From: Yuukianura sp. NJ FZ-2021
Taxonomy: Eukaryota
Length of the DNA stretch: 64,000 bases
NCBI GenBank assembly: GCA_046563655.1
Contig: CM102286.1
Coordinates: forward strand, 10,354,001-10,418,000
Reading direction: 5' to 3'
Shown: positions 13,620 through 26,506 of the stretch, one piece after another
How positions within the stretch are numbered: the first letter of the stretch is position 1
Layout of the letters: each line of letters starts with the position of its first letter
Program-made: the position numbers and the translations under genes
The notes under the pieces: model-generated
Told to the model about the DNA's origin: nothing
The model's input: only the letters and a program-made list of their open reading frames with translations
Databases searched by the model: none

Positions 13620-14724
13620 ATGGCGACTGCTCAATCAGCATTCTCAGCAATGTCAAAAATTGACGCATTTAGCTTCGGCAAATTAAACGAAGCCTTGGAC
13701 GAGCTCAGTGTTCTCAACACAAAAATTATGGTACCACCCGAAGCGGAGTTTCATAACACTTGCCACAGGGTCAGAGTGCGGTCCGGTTCCACCTCGAATA
13801 CTTTTCGCCAATGGAGGTTCGTTCTTTGTGTTAAATATTTACAGGTGCAAACACTGCCAATTGCAGGCAGTCAGCAGGGAATTATAATTATATACAATAT
13901 CAATATAACAAATATAGCAATTCGATTTGTAGTCACACTTGTAATTTTATAAGAGACGTAAATTCACCTTTAAACGGGTCGTTTTTATTGCGTGTTTCAG
14001 AATTGTATCTCAGCGACCGCTTCGACTTGATGTCGGCTTTATTACAAAGGAAAATATGGATGCTGGTGGCAGTGGTTCTCCTTGTGAATATGGATCTGAA
14101 GGCCTCGGTCCTAAACTGGTGAAAGCACGACCTCACCGAGCAAGGATAAATCCGTATTATCATCGAAAACCGCTTTATTCTCTTTGGGGTCGAGCAAGTT
14201 CTTTGCATGCTGGGCGGGACTCATTTCCAAATAGACTCAACGGTTGTCAAGTCGCCAACGGTGACTATTACCTTCGATCTCTCCGTTCTGTGAATTCGCT
14301 TCCTCGGCTCTACGAGTCAGATGGGAAAGCGATTATACGAATGCATACTACTAGTTTTGAGCCATCTTCACTTTTGTTTGAGGATGAGCTGAAGCGGAAG
14401 ACTGAGGACTACTGCTCCTACCCCATTCCAGTTCCTATGTTGACACGATCCAAGTCGCTGGAAGATCTCAGGGAGTCAGTTAAGCCCAAACTAAAATCAC
14501 TGTCAACGGATATGAGTAGCAGTGGGAGTTCATTTGATGCCTCACTTTCTCCTCGCCGAACGATTGCAACGAGGAACTCTCGTAATGGGAACCCAACTAC
14601 TTTCCCGATGTTATGTCCAAGACGAATTCTTGAAAATGGCAGCACTCATTCCCCAAGTCCCCGAATAACTTCCAGAGAAATGGACTCAATGTCGCTTTTA
14701 ATTGGGAACCTCGACGTTTCTTAA
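13620..14724 (+). CDS. Uncharacterised Ser/Arg-rich protein, probably two or more coding exons (main exon 14001-14724)
   Basis: Open frame of about 240 codons following acceptor TTTCAG at 14000; upstream candidate exon starting MATAQSAF at 13620; short linear motifs RARINPY and RSKSLEDL. Splice phasing is unresolved. Confidence 0.55.
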
Positions 14725-15192
14725 ACTGCTCACATTTAGGCTAACGTAATCCTATACCAAAAACGTTATACTTATCCTTTTTAAATTGAAAATGCTGCCT
14801 TTAAACTTCAACACTGCGTGTTATCTGACTAAATATTTAATCACCATTGTTTTAACCAACCAATAAAAGTGAAGCTTGAGACGGACGCATATGATTCTAA
14901 AGTTTTCACATAGTTCACATGTCCAGGGTATTCTTGTTTTAAACGGACGTTTTAAACATGTCGTTTGAAACACAAAACAAAGCACGTTGTATGTTGTTGT
15001 TTTTTTTAAAACGTGTTTTAAGGATACCCTGCATGTCACTAACAATGAATTCAACAGCATTTCGTTTTCCATGATCATTGTCATCAAAAATATGGATTAG
15101 TAATTAACAAAATAAAAATAAAACGATTAAGAGAAAATTAATACGTTTGGATTGCAAAATATGTTTAACAGAAATATGTATGCAAGCTTCGT

Positions 15193-17373
15193 TTATCCCT
15201 GTAACGTTGGTATTTCTTGTATGTCGAGATTTGGATTTGGACAATCGAAACGGGGACATTGTCTGTCACGTATTGCTGCAAATGTGTCTTCCAGGTCATA
15301 GAATGTCGTGAATGCCTCCGGCACACTAATAGATTCCATCAAAAGAAATTGGTTGACACCAAAATTAAGTTTTAGCTTGAAATTTGAATAGAAGCAAACT
15401 ACTTACAGCGTAGCTAGGGTCCACATGAACGTTTCAAAACGTGTAGCATTTGGATTTGAACCACGAATGGCCAGTTCACAAAGAGCCCGTTTCTGACAAA
15501 CATCGCTTTCATTTCTGTGGTCCACAACAGACGTTAGAAGACCCACCACAGGTCCATCCGGAGACAAATCAAATTGCTTCAGCAAATTATTGCTGCTAGA
15601 ATGTGTTGTGGGTGGAGTAATGTTTTCGCTTAGAATCTGAAGAAGTTTAGGCTCACGTTGAAACAACGTCGATGATGTTGAGGCAGAAGATTTCGAATCG
15701 ACTGAGCGAACCGTCGTTGTTTGTATTGTTGGTTTAAATGTTACCGCCGTTGATGCATTCGGAGTTGTAATATTTGTACTCCCGTTCTTTGCAGACGCTG
15801 AGTCCTTGAATGACTGCACAACACCCGACGTTTTCTGGTAATGTGTTGGTTTAATGTCGGACTTTATTTTGGCGCTGGGAATTGCGTGTACTCCGTCAGT
15901 TTTTTCCGGTGTTGTGTCATTCTTCGTGGCTCGTAGGAGAACACGCAGTTTTCTACCCTTACGTCTCTCCCTCGAAGGAGTCAGGTCAGTCGGTGTCACT
16001 GAACTGTCAGTTATGATTGATTTTTCACGACTTTCAGCGCTGTGTACTTGTGTGATTTCCTTCGAGAAGGCTATTACTTTGCTTTCTTGAGATTCGGCCG
16101 AGTCAAGCGACTCATCCTGCGATTTCGCGTTTATTTCTGATGAATATTCAGAACTACCTCGGATTCTTCCAGTACCCATTGGCCTTTGAACAATTCTTCT
16201 GACAACAGAGGAAGACGAAGTTAGCATTCGCGCATGTGTTTCCGGTTTTCCATTTAGAGTTTGTGGATTCCCGCCGTTTTGAAGTTGACGGCGACTTTCT
16301 CTCCCTAAAACTACCGGGAGAATTCGTTCAAAGCGTTCGGCTTCTGGGTCACCACCTCCAGCGGTGAAATCATAATGATGAGTTGATCGTTTTGGTCTAT
16401 TAAGGATGTCACTAGGCACGACAAATCTTGTTAGCATAGTGGTTAATTTAAATGTGGGACACGATTAAAGTATACTTACGATGGATTTGTTGGGACTTTA
16501 ACTTTTTGTGGAAATAAGACCGAAGCTCCAGTGAGCAGCAATGCCGCTGGAATCCAGAATTTCAAGGATTTGCTAACCGCTTCCTTTAAACCATTGTCAT
16601 CAGAATTGTGACTTCTGTGAAAAACCCAAGACAAATAACATCAATTAATTAAACCTTCCTCCTACTATGTTACTATCTTTCTTTCTATTGCGGTAAAAGT
16701 AAGCAGAATCCACGAGAACTTGCAATTGATAGTTGGTTTGCAAATGCTCGTGGTGTCCTTCGATATGATTCGGAGAATGCTGCGGATGCTCAGAATGATG
16801 GACATGGTAATGCGGAGAGTCTTGATGCCGCATGGCTGCTTGTGATACGTAGTGAGGGTTCAATATTTCATTTAGTGCTAAAGGCGGATAGTATCCTGTT
16901 TGCGCATTTGCGTCCTCAGAGTAATGACGAAAAAGCGGATGCAGATGGGAACTTGCAGCTCCGTAGCGAATTCTTGCGTCTTTAGTGATTTTGTCCATAG
17001 CCATTTTGTGTTGGTTGGCGTATCCATTGACCACGCTTACAGTAGCTGTGATATTTGGCTTTTGTGGAGTTGCAAATATTTGGAATATACTTGGCAGAGT
17101 TTCATCGGATGGAAATCGTGGCGAATTACCGCTGTCAAATTTTCGAACCGTTCCAAAGCCTCCCTGCTCCGTTGCTGGTTCTGAACCGTTGTGGATTGCG
17201 TCTTTGTAGCCAACGGAGAGGATCCTAGCGAAGTCTGTCGATGGCTGAAAACCTTCGTCGCCTCCATTTTGGGCAGTGAGTTGAAATACTGACGAAATCT
17301 TGGATTCATTTTCCTTAGCTAAACAAGGACCAAGAAGAAGAAGAGTGAATCCTAGCGATATCGACTTCTTCAT
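15193..17373 (-). CDS. Secreted/membrane protein with low-complexity body and C-terminal Cys-containing DM4/DM12-like arthropod domain (about 4 exons)
   Basis: Signal peptide MKKSISLGFTLLLLGPCLA; His-rich segment; internal hydrophobic stretch FWIPAALLLTGASVLFP (~16500-16565); C-terminus CQKRALCELA...|VPEAFTTFYDLEDTFAAIRDRQCPRFDCP. Confidence 0.65.
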
Positions 17374-19504
17374 CTTCAACAAAGTGTATGGTGTAGTTCA
17401 AAGCAGTTCTTGATTAACCATGTAGATGAATATCTTAATGAAAACGCATAATAAACGATTAGTAAAATGTAGTTTATGTAATTTCTTCCCACATTTGTGA
17501 TAATGGCTACTTTCTTTTCTGTACAGAAAAGATTTACACAACAATAAAGCCACTTCCTTCCGCTAAACTAACAATGCATAAGAGTAAGAGTAAAACTTTA
17601 CTTGCGTGTGCAAAAAAAAATTAATATATTTGCATTTAATTTGTTTGCACTTGTAAATGGGAAATCCAATGTTGTTGTCAACCTGCCTGCTGTGAGCTTG
17701 AATTAAATATTTCACTTTATAAAATGTTTGGTTCAAAACTGCTCGCTAAAAAGTTATTGACAAATAAAAGCAGCATTCGTATTTTTTTTTATTAAATGCC
17801 TTAATTGTTCCATAGTTACAGTCAGTAGTCTTGAAAGAAAAAAGTCTTTTTAAGGGCGATGAATTCTTCGTTCTTAAATATTCCTACACAGCATTTACAC
17901 ACGTTTTCCAACAAAATCTACACTGCTTTCTCCCAATTATTTTTAATTTTGGCATAGGTTGGTCGAGTAGATAAGAAAAGATATAGATAAAAAAAAACAT
18001 GAAATTATGAACCCGGAGAAAGGAACTTTTCCAACTCAATTTTTTTCCGGAAAATAATTTGCATTTTTATTCTCATGATTTATACTGTTGCTGCTATGTT
18101 AAATCGCTTCCATTTTCTCAAAATGGATTTTTTTCAAAAGATTCGCAACAGATTTCTTCTCAACTCGTTATGCTGAATATTAAAATTTAGTACTACCTGG
18201 ACCCCGCTGTGTATTTTTAGTTTGCTTCGTTCGTAAACATACACATTATTTTTAAATTTTATATTGAACGGACAACAGCTAACCTAAACATCGTACGGAC
18301 ACAAAAACATTTGTTGTATTTTTCAGAAAATACGTTTTGAACAATTCTGAGCAAAGCGTTTGTCAAATTTTATAAGCCAGAATATTTTCAATTTTGTGAA
18401 CGTTCGTTAATGAAATGCCGTGTAGCGTACTTTTTCCCCTTATAAATACACAACAGTTACACAACAAAGAAGTTATTATAAATTATCTTACAAAAATTAC
18501 CGCTAGAAACAAACACGTTCTCCAATCTCCGGAACTTTTATACACACCAATTGGAATTGAAAAAATTCAGGGCACACTGTAAACTATTAGACGTAAGAAT
18601 GTTGCTAGTTTGCTTTAAAATGTTCAGAACTGAATGAGAATTGTAGACTTGGATCAATTGTTTATACGTTTCTGCGATTTCTCTTTTGGAGTGATTACAG
18701 ACAGTCACACTCGAGTCACTAGTCGCCCCTTTGTAATTAACAAAGTGACCCCTCATGTCACAGGGATGTGGTACCCTCAGACAATTCACTTTATTTAATT
18801 GTTATTGTTTGCGGTTTCTCCTTAGAGGTTGTAACAATAAAAAAGAAAAGAAATCGTTTAGGTTGATGTTCTGGAATCATGCAGTAGTTTAGTAAATACG
18901 AAGGGAGTACAGCGTTATCGACCTCGCATAAAAATTTTTGCCCTATTTCAATGTATTTTTTACCTAACCTGTATGTAATTGTCATAACATCTTTTGCTTT
19001 TAATTCGGAATTGTAAAAAGTCACAGTATGTAGTTTAACATGTCACCCACAGCACAACAAAGAAACCAAACACATTAATTTGAAAATGAAATAATGCAAG
19101 CATGACTCCTGCGACAGAGGATGTGCGTTCTTCTGCGACTTGCACTGGAAACAATACAATTGGGCCGACAATTGGAGTAGCAACAATGACAGACTTAAAG
19201 CTATGACGACGTTCTTTTGTTTAATGTATTTCTAATGGCCACTGATGCAATAATCTAAAGAAACCGTGACTTGAGAGAAATTTTATTTCTCTTTTTAAAC
19301 ATTCCCATCCTGAGTTTTACGGAATGTTGGACGAATTGAAAAGGTCAAAGCAAAGACTGTTGGAGAACTTCCACTTTAATTAGATTAGCATTCTTTCCAC
19401 GAGTATTTGAGGGTGTTAACTTTGTTGGCATGTCGTACATTGCTACTGAGACATGACTTCATGTCACAAGGTAATACATTTTGTGAACCGTCGAACGAGT
19501 GATA

Positions 19505-19955
19505 TCAAAACGGCGCTTCGATTTTTTAGGATTAAAAAAACCGTTTTATTTCAGATTTCGGGCATACATTCCGAATCTAAAATCCGTTTTTGGCAGTCAC
19601 GACTCCTTCTTGATAGGATTGATTAATTAATATCCTAATTAACAATGGGAATTTCACATAAACAATGAGAGTTCTAGTACAAGCAATGGATACCAACCAT
19701 TGGTTTTTGTTATATCTCCGCGCCAAAGGGGGCGTTTAGGTTTGATTAGCATATAAAAACTATTGGTTACATAATCAAAAAATCTCATTCTCTTTGTGAA
19801 ATTCCCAATGTTAATTGGGGCTTAATTAATCAATCCTGCCTTACCAAGATGGAGGTACGACACAAAAACAGATTTCAGGCTTAGAATCTACGCCCAAAAG
19901 TTGATATAAAACGGTTTTTTAATTGTTAGAACTAAGAAATCGAAGCTCCGTTTGG
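19505..19955. repeat. Old palindromic MITE-like element
   Basis: Degenerate inverted arms throughout, for example AAACGGCGCTTCGATTT / AAATCGAAGCTCCGTTT and AGGATTGATTAATTAA / TTAATTAATCAATCCT. Confidence 0.6.
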
Positions 19956-21630
19956 CCGAGTTTGTTCCATCAGTTGCCGTTTAGTATGAGCGGAACTAAA
20001 CGTACTTGGTTGAAATTCATAACTGGCCTAAATTTTTTGAAGGTAGTCGCTTAAATGATAAACTTTTATAGAACCTAATCTTTCATAACAATGATATCAA
20101 AAATGTCTATTGCTGAATTTCCAAAAACTGCTAGAATCATACAATATTAGCAATCAATAGTAATTCCAACCATAGGTAATGGTAATTTATTCATAATCCT
20201 GTAGGAATTTTTATTAAGCTTTATTTTTGTTCTTACATGCTTATTACTAACCTAACCTAATAAAGCGTTGTGTATTTCCGGCCAAACCGAAAACGGATTA
20301 ATCACCCTCAAATCATGAGGAATTCATCTGTGAAGACAGACTGGAAATAGGTACAGTTGTAGTGGTTCCGGAGGTATAGACGGTTGCATGAGCGACGCCA
20401 TTTTGCAAAATGTGACGTTTATAACTCCAAAACCGTAGGTCAAGGTCATCTACACAAAAGTTGCTTGTCACAACAGAGTAAAAAAACTCTGTAATTTTTT
20501 TCACTTCCGTTAAAAACATACGTGACCTTGGCTTTTGATCGGGAAGAGGTCGGCAAACAGATTAATCACCCCCGCACCGTGTGGAGTTTGTGGTTGAAAA
20601 CAGATTGAAAATCGATCCATTGGGTTCCAGAGTTATGGTGATCAGCAGACGTACAGAGAGACTGACTCGGGGAAAAACATAAAGTGTCCTCATGCTTTTG
20701 CTACTTGTTAGTGATGTAACCCTTTTTCAAAACACCTAACTTTCTTATTTTGTTCATTTGCAATTGACGTAGTGAAGCTGGGTTTTCCGCCTCCGATTAT
20801 AATTAATCTGCTACGTAACCTCCTTGGGAACAAAACGAAAAAGCTCACTTGTTCAAAAAAAATGTTCATTTCCAATTAATATAACTATTGTAGTTAATGT
20901 AACAACTTAGAACTTTTTCAACCTAACAGTTCTTGTCAATGGAAGTTGTGGTGGGAAATTTTTAAAACCGTCATGGTAAAATAGTTAAACTCAATTTTAC
21001 ATTGCTACCTAATTAATTATACCTTAAATAAATAGTAAGCAACGTGAGAAATTTGCAAATTTGAGTAGATTCCGAAAATTCTACATGATTTTTAATTAGA
21101 ATTGTTTGGGTTTGACGTCAATACAGGCACGTGCTGCAGTTATCAGTATAAACGATATTATCTCAGCCTTGTTCTAATTAAGTTTTTCAGCTATAAATAC
21201 GATCCAAACTTTGCTTCAACGGAAAAGTACTTCAAAACGTCAGTTACGATTTAAACAAACTTTAACCTGTACCTATCCAAAACGTCTAATAAAACTTTGA
21301 ATTAGTTTCAATTAATTAGAAAAGGATTCATATTTTTGAATCGTCACAACAATGAGGGGTAAATTATTGTTACATTTTGAATTCCGCCACACTGAACCAT
21401 ATTTATAACATTAGTTTGGTATTACTTTAATGTTTCTTCATTTAAACTCTTTTTAGGTGTTGGAGCCGAGTGTTGGGTGACTTTGTCGGGAAGCGATGAA
21501 GAAGCTTGGGCAGCATTGGTCCTTGCCAGATCCATTCGAAATTCGATGACAACTAGATCATTAACAATTGCCATTTCTGAAGATGTTTCGAAAGAAATGA
21601 AGTAAGGTCTTTGTTTTAGTCACATAAAAC

Positions 21631-22371
21631 CAGGGTGTCGTTGGTTTAAACCACGGTTTAAACCACTTGGTTTTTTTAAAAAAAAACCATTGGTTTAAAC
21701 CAAATCAAGAATTTCATGCAAAATGATAAAGAAAATTCAAAATAGTTTCACAGGAGCTTTGTTTTTCTCATTTTCTGTCAAAATATTTTTAGTTTTGCTT
21801 GAAAAAACGAAACCTCCTGCTGTTGCCAGTGTATTTTCAGAATTAGACCGCCTTAACGCGCATTTAAAGTTATTCTTCTATCTTACTGTTCAATACGCCA
21901 CTTCGTTGTAAGGCTAAAATTGTTCGTAGTTTTGAGTTAATTGAACAATGAGTAGCGGTAGGGAACGCGAAATCGTTTGGTTGAGCTTCCAGGAAGTAAT
22001 TTCCCGTGACCAAAAGGGCTTTTTAGCAGTCTTTACGAAGTACAGAGCACAAGCGGGACCATTCCAAAAAGTTTTGTTTTCTGACACTTTTTGACGACAT
22101 GATATATCTGCTTCTGATTGTTGGAACAAATTTATATTGTTTTAGTTTAGTTTAATTTGATTCGAAAGGGTACCTAATGTAAATATACCAGATATCCTTG
22201 GCACCCATTTTAGTTTACTTCTAGACCATACTTACTCGCGCATCGCGCATGAATTTACAAGCTTTGGTTTAAACCAAAAAAAAAACCAAAAAAACCTTGT
22301 TTAAACAAAAAAACCGTTTTTTTTTTGTTTGTTTTTTTTTTTCAAAAAAACTGAAAAAATCCGATACCCTG
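21631..22371. mobile_element. hAT-type MITE in intron 2 of PKS copy 1
   Basis: TIR CAGGGTGTCG / CGATACCCTG; 8-bp TSD CATAAAAC / CATAAAAA; GGTTTAAACC subterminal palindromes; absent at the homologous site of copy 2 (~50625). Confidence 0.8.
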
Positions 22372-22510
22372 CATAAAAAACTTTTTAAAATACATGTAAC
22401 ACAAATATAATGGTTCAGAAACAAAACTGAATTGACTAAAAAAAGCAGCGAAACTTATAACAAAATTTTACGAAAATTTCCTTATTTTATCTTTCCACCG
22501 TATTCCAGAA

Positions 22511-22757
22511 TGTTCCATGCCATTGTTTCAAATGAACTGTTTCAAATCCGAATTGTTTAAAAAAAATTGTTTCAAAAACCTAATTTTCATACCTAAACCT
22601 AACCTAACCTTAAATTACATAACTAACCTAAACTCAATTATTCTAATCCAAATTAACCTAATATAAGCCTTAAACCCTAACCAACTTGTGTTTTGAAACA
22701 ATTTTTTTTAAACAATTCGTATTTGAAACAATTCATTTGACACAATGGCGTGCTTCC
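22511..22757. mobile_element. MITE inserted across the acceptor of PKS copy 1 exon 3
   Basis: About 65-bp inverted arms, AACCT-repeat centre, TSD TTCCAGAA at 22503-22510 and 22758-22765; absent in copy 2; same ends as 5392-5550. Confidence 0.8.
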
Positions 22758-24745
22758 TTCCAGAATGTTATTACACCGAGAATTTGATGCTGTGCTGCGG
22801 TATGAGTCCACAGAGGTTGGAAACAAGGAGCATGGGATGCTTTGGCTCTGGAACCTACGGACGTGGAAGAAATGTGTTTATGTTGACCCCAAATCCTACG
22901 TAAGAAATTGTTAATTGTTGATTTGGAATTAAATATTTTATGTTTTTTTTTTTCAAAAAGTTCAATTTAAGGTTAAACCATAGTCTTATCCACTTTTACT
23001 AATATGAGCTTCATTTTCTCCCCGCAGATGCAAACAAATTCCGATGAACTGTTTCTGTATCCTTCATTCTCGTCGACAGTCGAAGATGCTACTGACGGTT
23101 GTATTAAATTTTCATTGCGCATCGCAGTTTTTAAGCCGAATCTTCAGGAATTTGATCAACTTGTTGAACTAAGCCAGCAGCTACAAGGTACGTTAATCAA
23201 ATGAAAATAAACGTCTTTTATTTTTAAAAATTTGCATTTTAGGAACCATAACGGACATTTTCAACGCAAAGTTTTCCTCTGAAGTGTTGAATCCAAAACA
23301 TCAACTGCCGCCATCAGCTATAGTAAATCTTTGTGAACTCCAGGGCGGAAACTTGTAGGACTTAAAAATTAAAAAGCTCGTACTTTCGCAATGCATAAAA
23401 CTTTCAAATTTTTCAGGAAAACGATAATGAATAGTAAAATTGTCAATTGGAATCGGTTTGAATTCGAAAATATATCTATCAATGAAACGCCTCATCAAAC
23501 TTCCGTCTCTACAGTGGAGAGTAACAACTCTGTTTTTGCACATTCACCTTACACAACGTGCGCCTGCGAACAAGTTCGGGAAAGCTGGATGACAACTTTT
23601 GAAACGGAAGTAATACCACAAGTTCTCCAACTGAACGTAAGATTGCTTCCAAATGTAATTTTTGCTTTTAAAAAAATGACAAAGTTGACCAAGTCTTTTT
23701 TTCTTGCTTTGTTTAGGATGACAATACGAAAAGATATCTATTGCAGTCTATAAAAAATAACTTTCCAAAAACTTCAGCCAGATCTATCCCTACAGCATCG
23801 TTTTATAAACAACAACATCAGGAAAATTTGGCCGGTGCGATTGCTGTAGTAGGCATAAGTTGTAGATTTCCTGGCGCAAACGATCCCGAAGAATTTTGGG
23901 ATTTGTTAGTAAGTGGAAGAAATCCCATTGGTCCGTACCCAGCTAACAGACCACGCCCTCTGAACGATGAAGCGGGAAACTTTAAGGCGGGCTTTTTGGA
24001 TTGCCCGGTAGATGAATTCGATACTAATTTCTTTGGAATCAGTCCTCGCGAGGCTCCGTTCTTGGATCCTCAGCAACGAATTCTTCTGGAAGTAGTTTGG
24101 GAGAGTCTGGAAAATGCTGCTGTTAATCCACAACACTTGCGTGGCACTAACTCAGGCGTGTTCGTAGGAATTTGGCGTCAAGATTATAACACTTTGTTTC
24201 CAAGACATGGGCTGGATTCAGTTGACTACAATCAAGTTTACATGGGAAATGCATTCAGTGCAACAGCTTCTCGAATTTCGCATTTTCTTGGACTTTATGG
24301 GTCAAATATTTCTGTCGAGTAAGACTATTGTCAATCATATTACTTAAATTGAATGTCAAACTAAAAGAACATTATGTTTAGGAGTGGTTGCTCAAGTAGC
24401 GCAAGTGCTCTGCATCTTGCATGTCAAAGCCTTCGTAACGGCGAAACAAACTTGGCAATTGTAGCGGGGGTGAATTTAATATTTGATGGCTTATGTCCCC
24501 TCGGTGGAGGAAGACTGCAAGATTCGTCTGTGTTTGCAAAGGATTTCAAATGCAAGACTTTCGATGAAAGGTATTAAATTGCAATTGCTAAAATTTTCGA
24601 TTCTTTGGTCATGTTATTGTATGTTAAATTTTCAGTGCTGACGGTTATGTTCGAGCAGAAGGTTGTGCAGCAGTTATACTGCGACGGTTGGAAGACTCAG
24701 TTCGAGAGAATGACAACATCGTCGGAGTTATACGTGGAACTTCAT

Positions 24746-25228
24746 TGAGGGGAAGTCGGATGACTTTCCCGACGACTGGCTCAAAGGCCACTCGACAGCA
24801 ATAAATGGTGGGACGGTGGGACACACGGCTACAAGGATCAATTAGTTTATTTGAATAAAGTAAAGATACGTTTACGTATGAATAGCCGATGAATTTGTAG
24901 TGGAAGTGTCGAGAGGTCCTGGCACGATCAACCAGGTATCTTCTTGGTCTGTCCAGGGTCCAGGAGAGATGAATTGAGGTCAAGTCCGGGTCAATCGAGG
25001 CAGTAGCGTGTCCAGACACGAAGAAGGAAAATGGCTGCTACTGGGAACTGGAGTGACGAGCAGATGGGATCCTCTCTGTGTGAGTTGTTGTGGACGACTG
25101 TGTCCAGAGAAGATGGAGGAGGAAGAAGAAGATGATGATGCAACTGCCAGAAGAAGCGGAGGAGTACAGGAGCGGAGGAGTACGGGGAACCACGAAGGCT
25201 AGAGGGGTTTTGGGGATACCTCCCCACA
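24746..25228 (-). repeat. 3' LTR
   Basis: TGAGGGGAAG...CCTCCCCACA; no mismatch found by eye against 35083-35565. Confidence 0.95.
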
Positions 25229-25294
25229 GATTCCCAGCGATCAAGGGAGCCGCCACGGCGACAAACCGAGGAACTCCGAAGCGATTCGGGGAAG

Positions 25295-26506
25295 CTACTG
25301 AGATGGTGGAGGGGGATCCTTGGGATGATTCTTCTTAGGTGGTGGGGGACAATTGGCCGAGTTCTCTGCCCACCATCTAGCACGTCGCTGTTGGCGATTT
25401 GGGGCTTGGGGCAAACGTCCTTGTGCAGGAGCTGGGGGAAAACGTCCTTGTGCAGGAGCTGGGGGTACCGGAGCAGCGTTTGAAGGTTCCTGGGGGGTAT
25501 TCCACGTAACGGTGACTGACGTTGCGCTGGCTGGAACGTAGGCGTGAATGGGGATCAGTCCAGGGGGAACATTCGTTGCCTGGAACGTGGAGCTGGAAGC
25601 TGCTGCTGAGATGGGGATGGTGAAGGAACCGGAAGTGGCTTGGGGAACTGATGAGGAGGCTTGGGGAGCTGCTTGAGCTTGGGGAACTGGTTGAGCTGAG
25701 GAAGTAGAAGAACCAGAGGCAGAATTTTGGCGGGAATTTGAAGAATGTGGCCGAATTGATGAAGATGGAGCCGAATTTTGAGCCAATGGAGGACGAGTAG
25801 AGTACGGAGCGGGACGATTTGGGCGAGTGAGAATCCGAATAGGTGCAGCCGATCGTGATGAAGTGCTCGGTCCAGGGTTTTGGGGGGTTTGAGAGTTCAG
25901 AGTGACTTTTGCCATGTCACGAACCAAGACGGAGGGGGAACTGGAACGGGAATGACCAGCTACGGGGGGTTTTGGAGGTCCATCGGGGAACTTCAAATCC
26001 ATAAGCGGGACGACCTTGGCTGCAGCAGACTTCTGGACTTGCGAATTGGATTTCGGCGCAGGAGCAGAGGGACGACGAAACATTCCAGATTGCTGAGACG
26101 AGTTGGGGACAACGACGACGACCGAAGCTAACTTTGGACGAGGTGCTGGGGCCGAAACCATCTCCTGGAGGCTCTTTTGAGGGGAACGGGGGTTGAAACT
26201 GCCAGAGCTTTGGGGGGACTGACGATCCGGCTTCTTCGGGGATTTTGGAGGAGAATCAGCAGCGAGTGGCATGTCCCAATCATCCGGAATCGGATCCACA
26301 CGACGAGGAGTAATGGGCGCAGCGATGACAGTCGTAGGGGGCGAAGATGACGAAGATGAAGACGACGATGAAGAGCCAGGAGAAGCAGTATCACGCGGAG
26401 GCGGAGAATTCAGGAGTTCGTCTTCTGCAGCCAAATCAATTTCCGCAATTCCCTCAGAAGCGTCATCTTCTCCTTGTTCCATCAGATCCTCCGGTGGTTG
26501 GTCCAT
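25295..26506 (-). CDS. Retroelement ORF3: Pro/Ser-rich low-complexity protein (~403 aa), probably from a spliced subgenomic RNA
   Basis: Lies between pol and the 3' LTR; strong acceptor TTTTTTTATGATTTTCAG|G immediately before the ATG at 26506; no signal peptide or TM segment. Confidence 0.7.
   Translation of the reverse strand: MDQPPEDLMEQGEDDASEGIAEIDLAAEDELLNSPPPRDTASPGSSSSSSSSSSSPPTTVIAAPITPRRVDPIPDDWDMPLAADSPPKSPKKPDRQSPQSSGSFNPRSPQKSLQEMVSAPAPRPKLASVVVVVPNSSQQSGMFRRPSAPAPKSNSQVQKSAAAKVVPLMDLKFPDGPPKPPVAGHSRSSSPSVLVRDMAKVTLNSQTPQNPGPSTSSRSAAPIRILTRPNRPAPYSTRPPLAQNSAPSSSIRPHSSNSRQNSASGSSTSSAQPVPQAQAAPQASSSVPQATSGSFTIPISAAASSSTFQATNVPPGLIPIHAYVPASATSVTVTWNTPQEPSNAAPVPPAPAQGRFPPAPAQGRLPQAPNRQQRRARWWAENSANCPPPPKKNHPKDPPPPSQ

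Noticed and set aside
22590..22685. CCTAA/TTAGG runs as interstitial telomeric repeats
   Set aside because: Short, degenerate and located in the centre of a MITE; the same applies to 5455-5490.
21352..23636. Stand-alone glycogenin gene
   Set aside because: Exon 6 ends at a strong GTAAG donor that splices in phase to the KS exon 80 nt later, the catalytic motifs are lost, and no glycogenin C-terminal glycogen-synthase-binding exon is seen.
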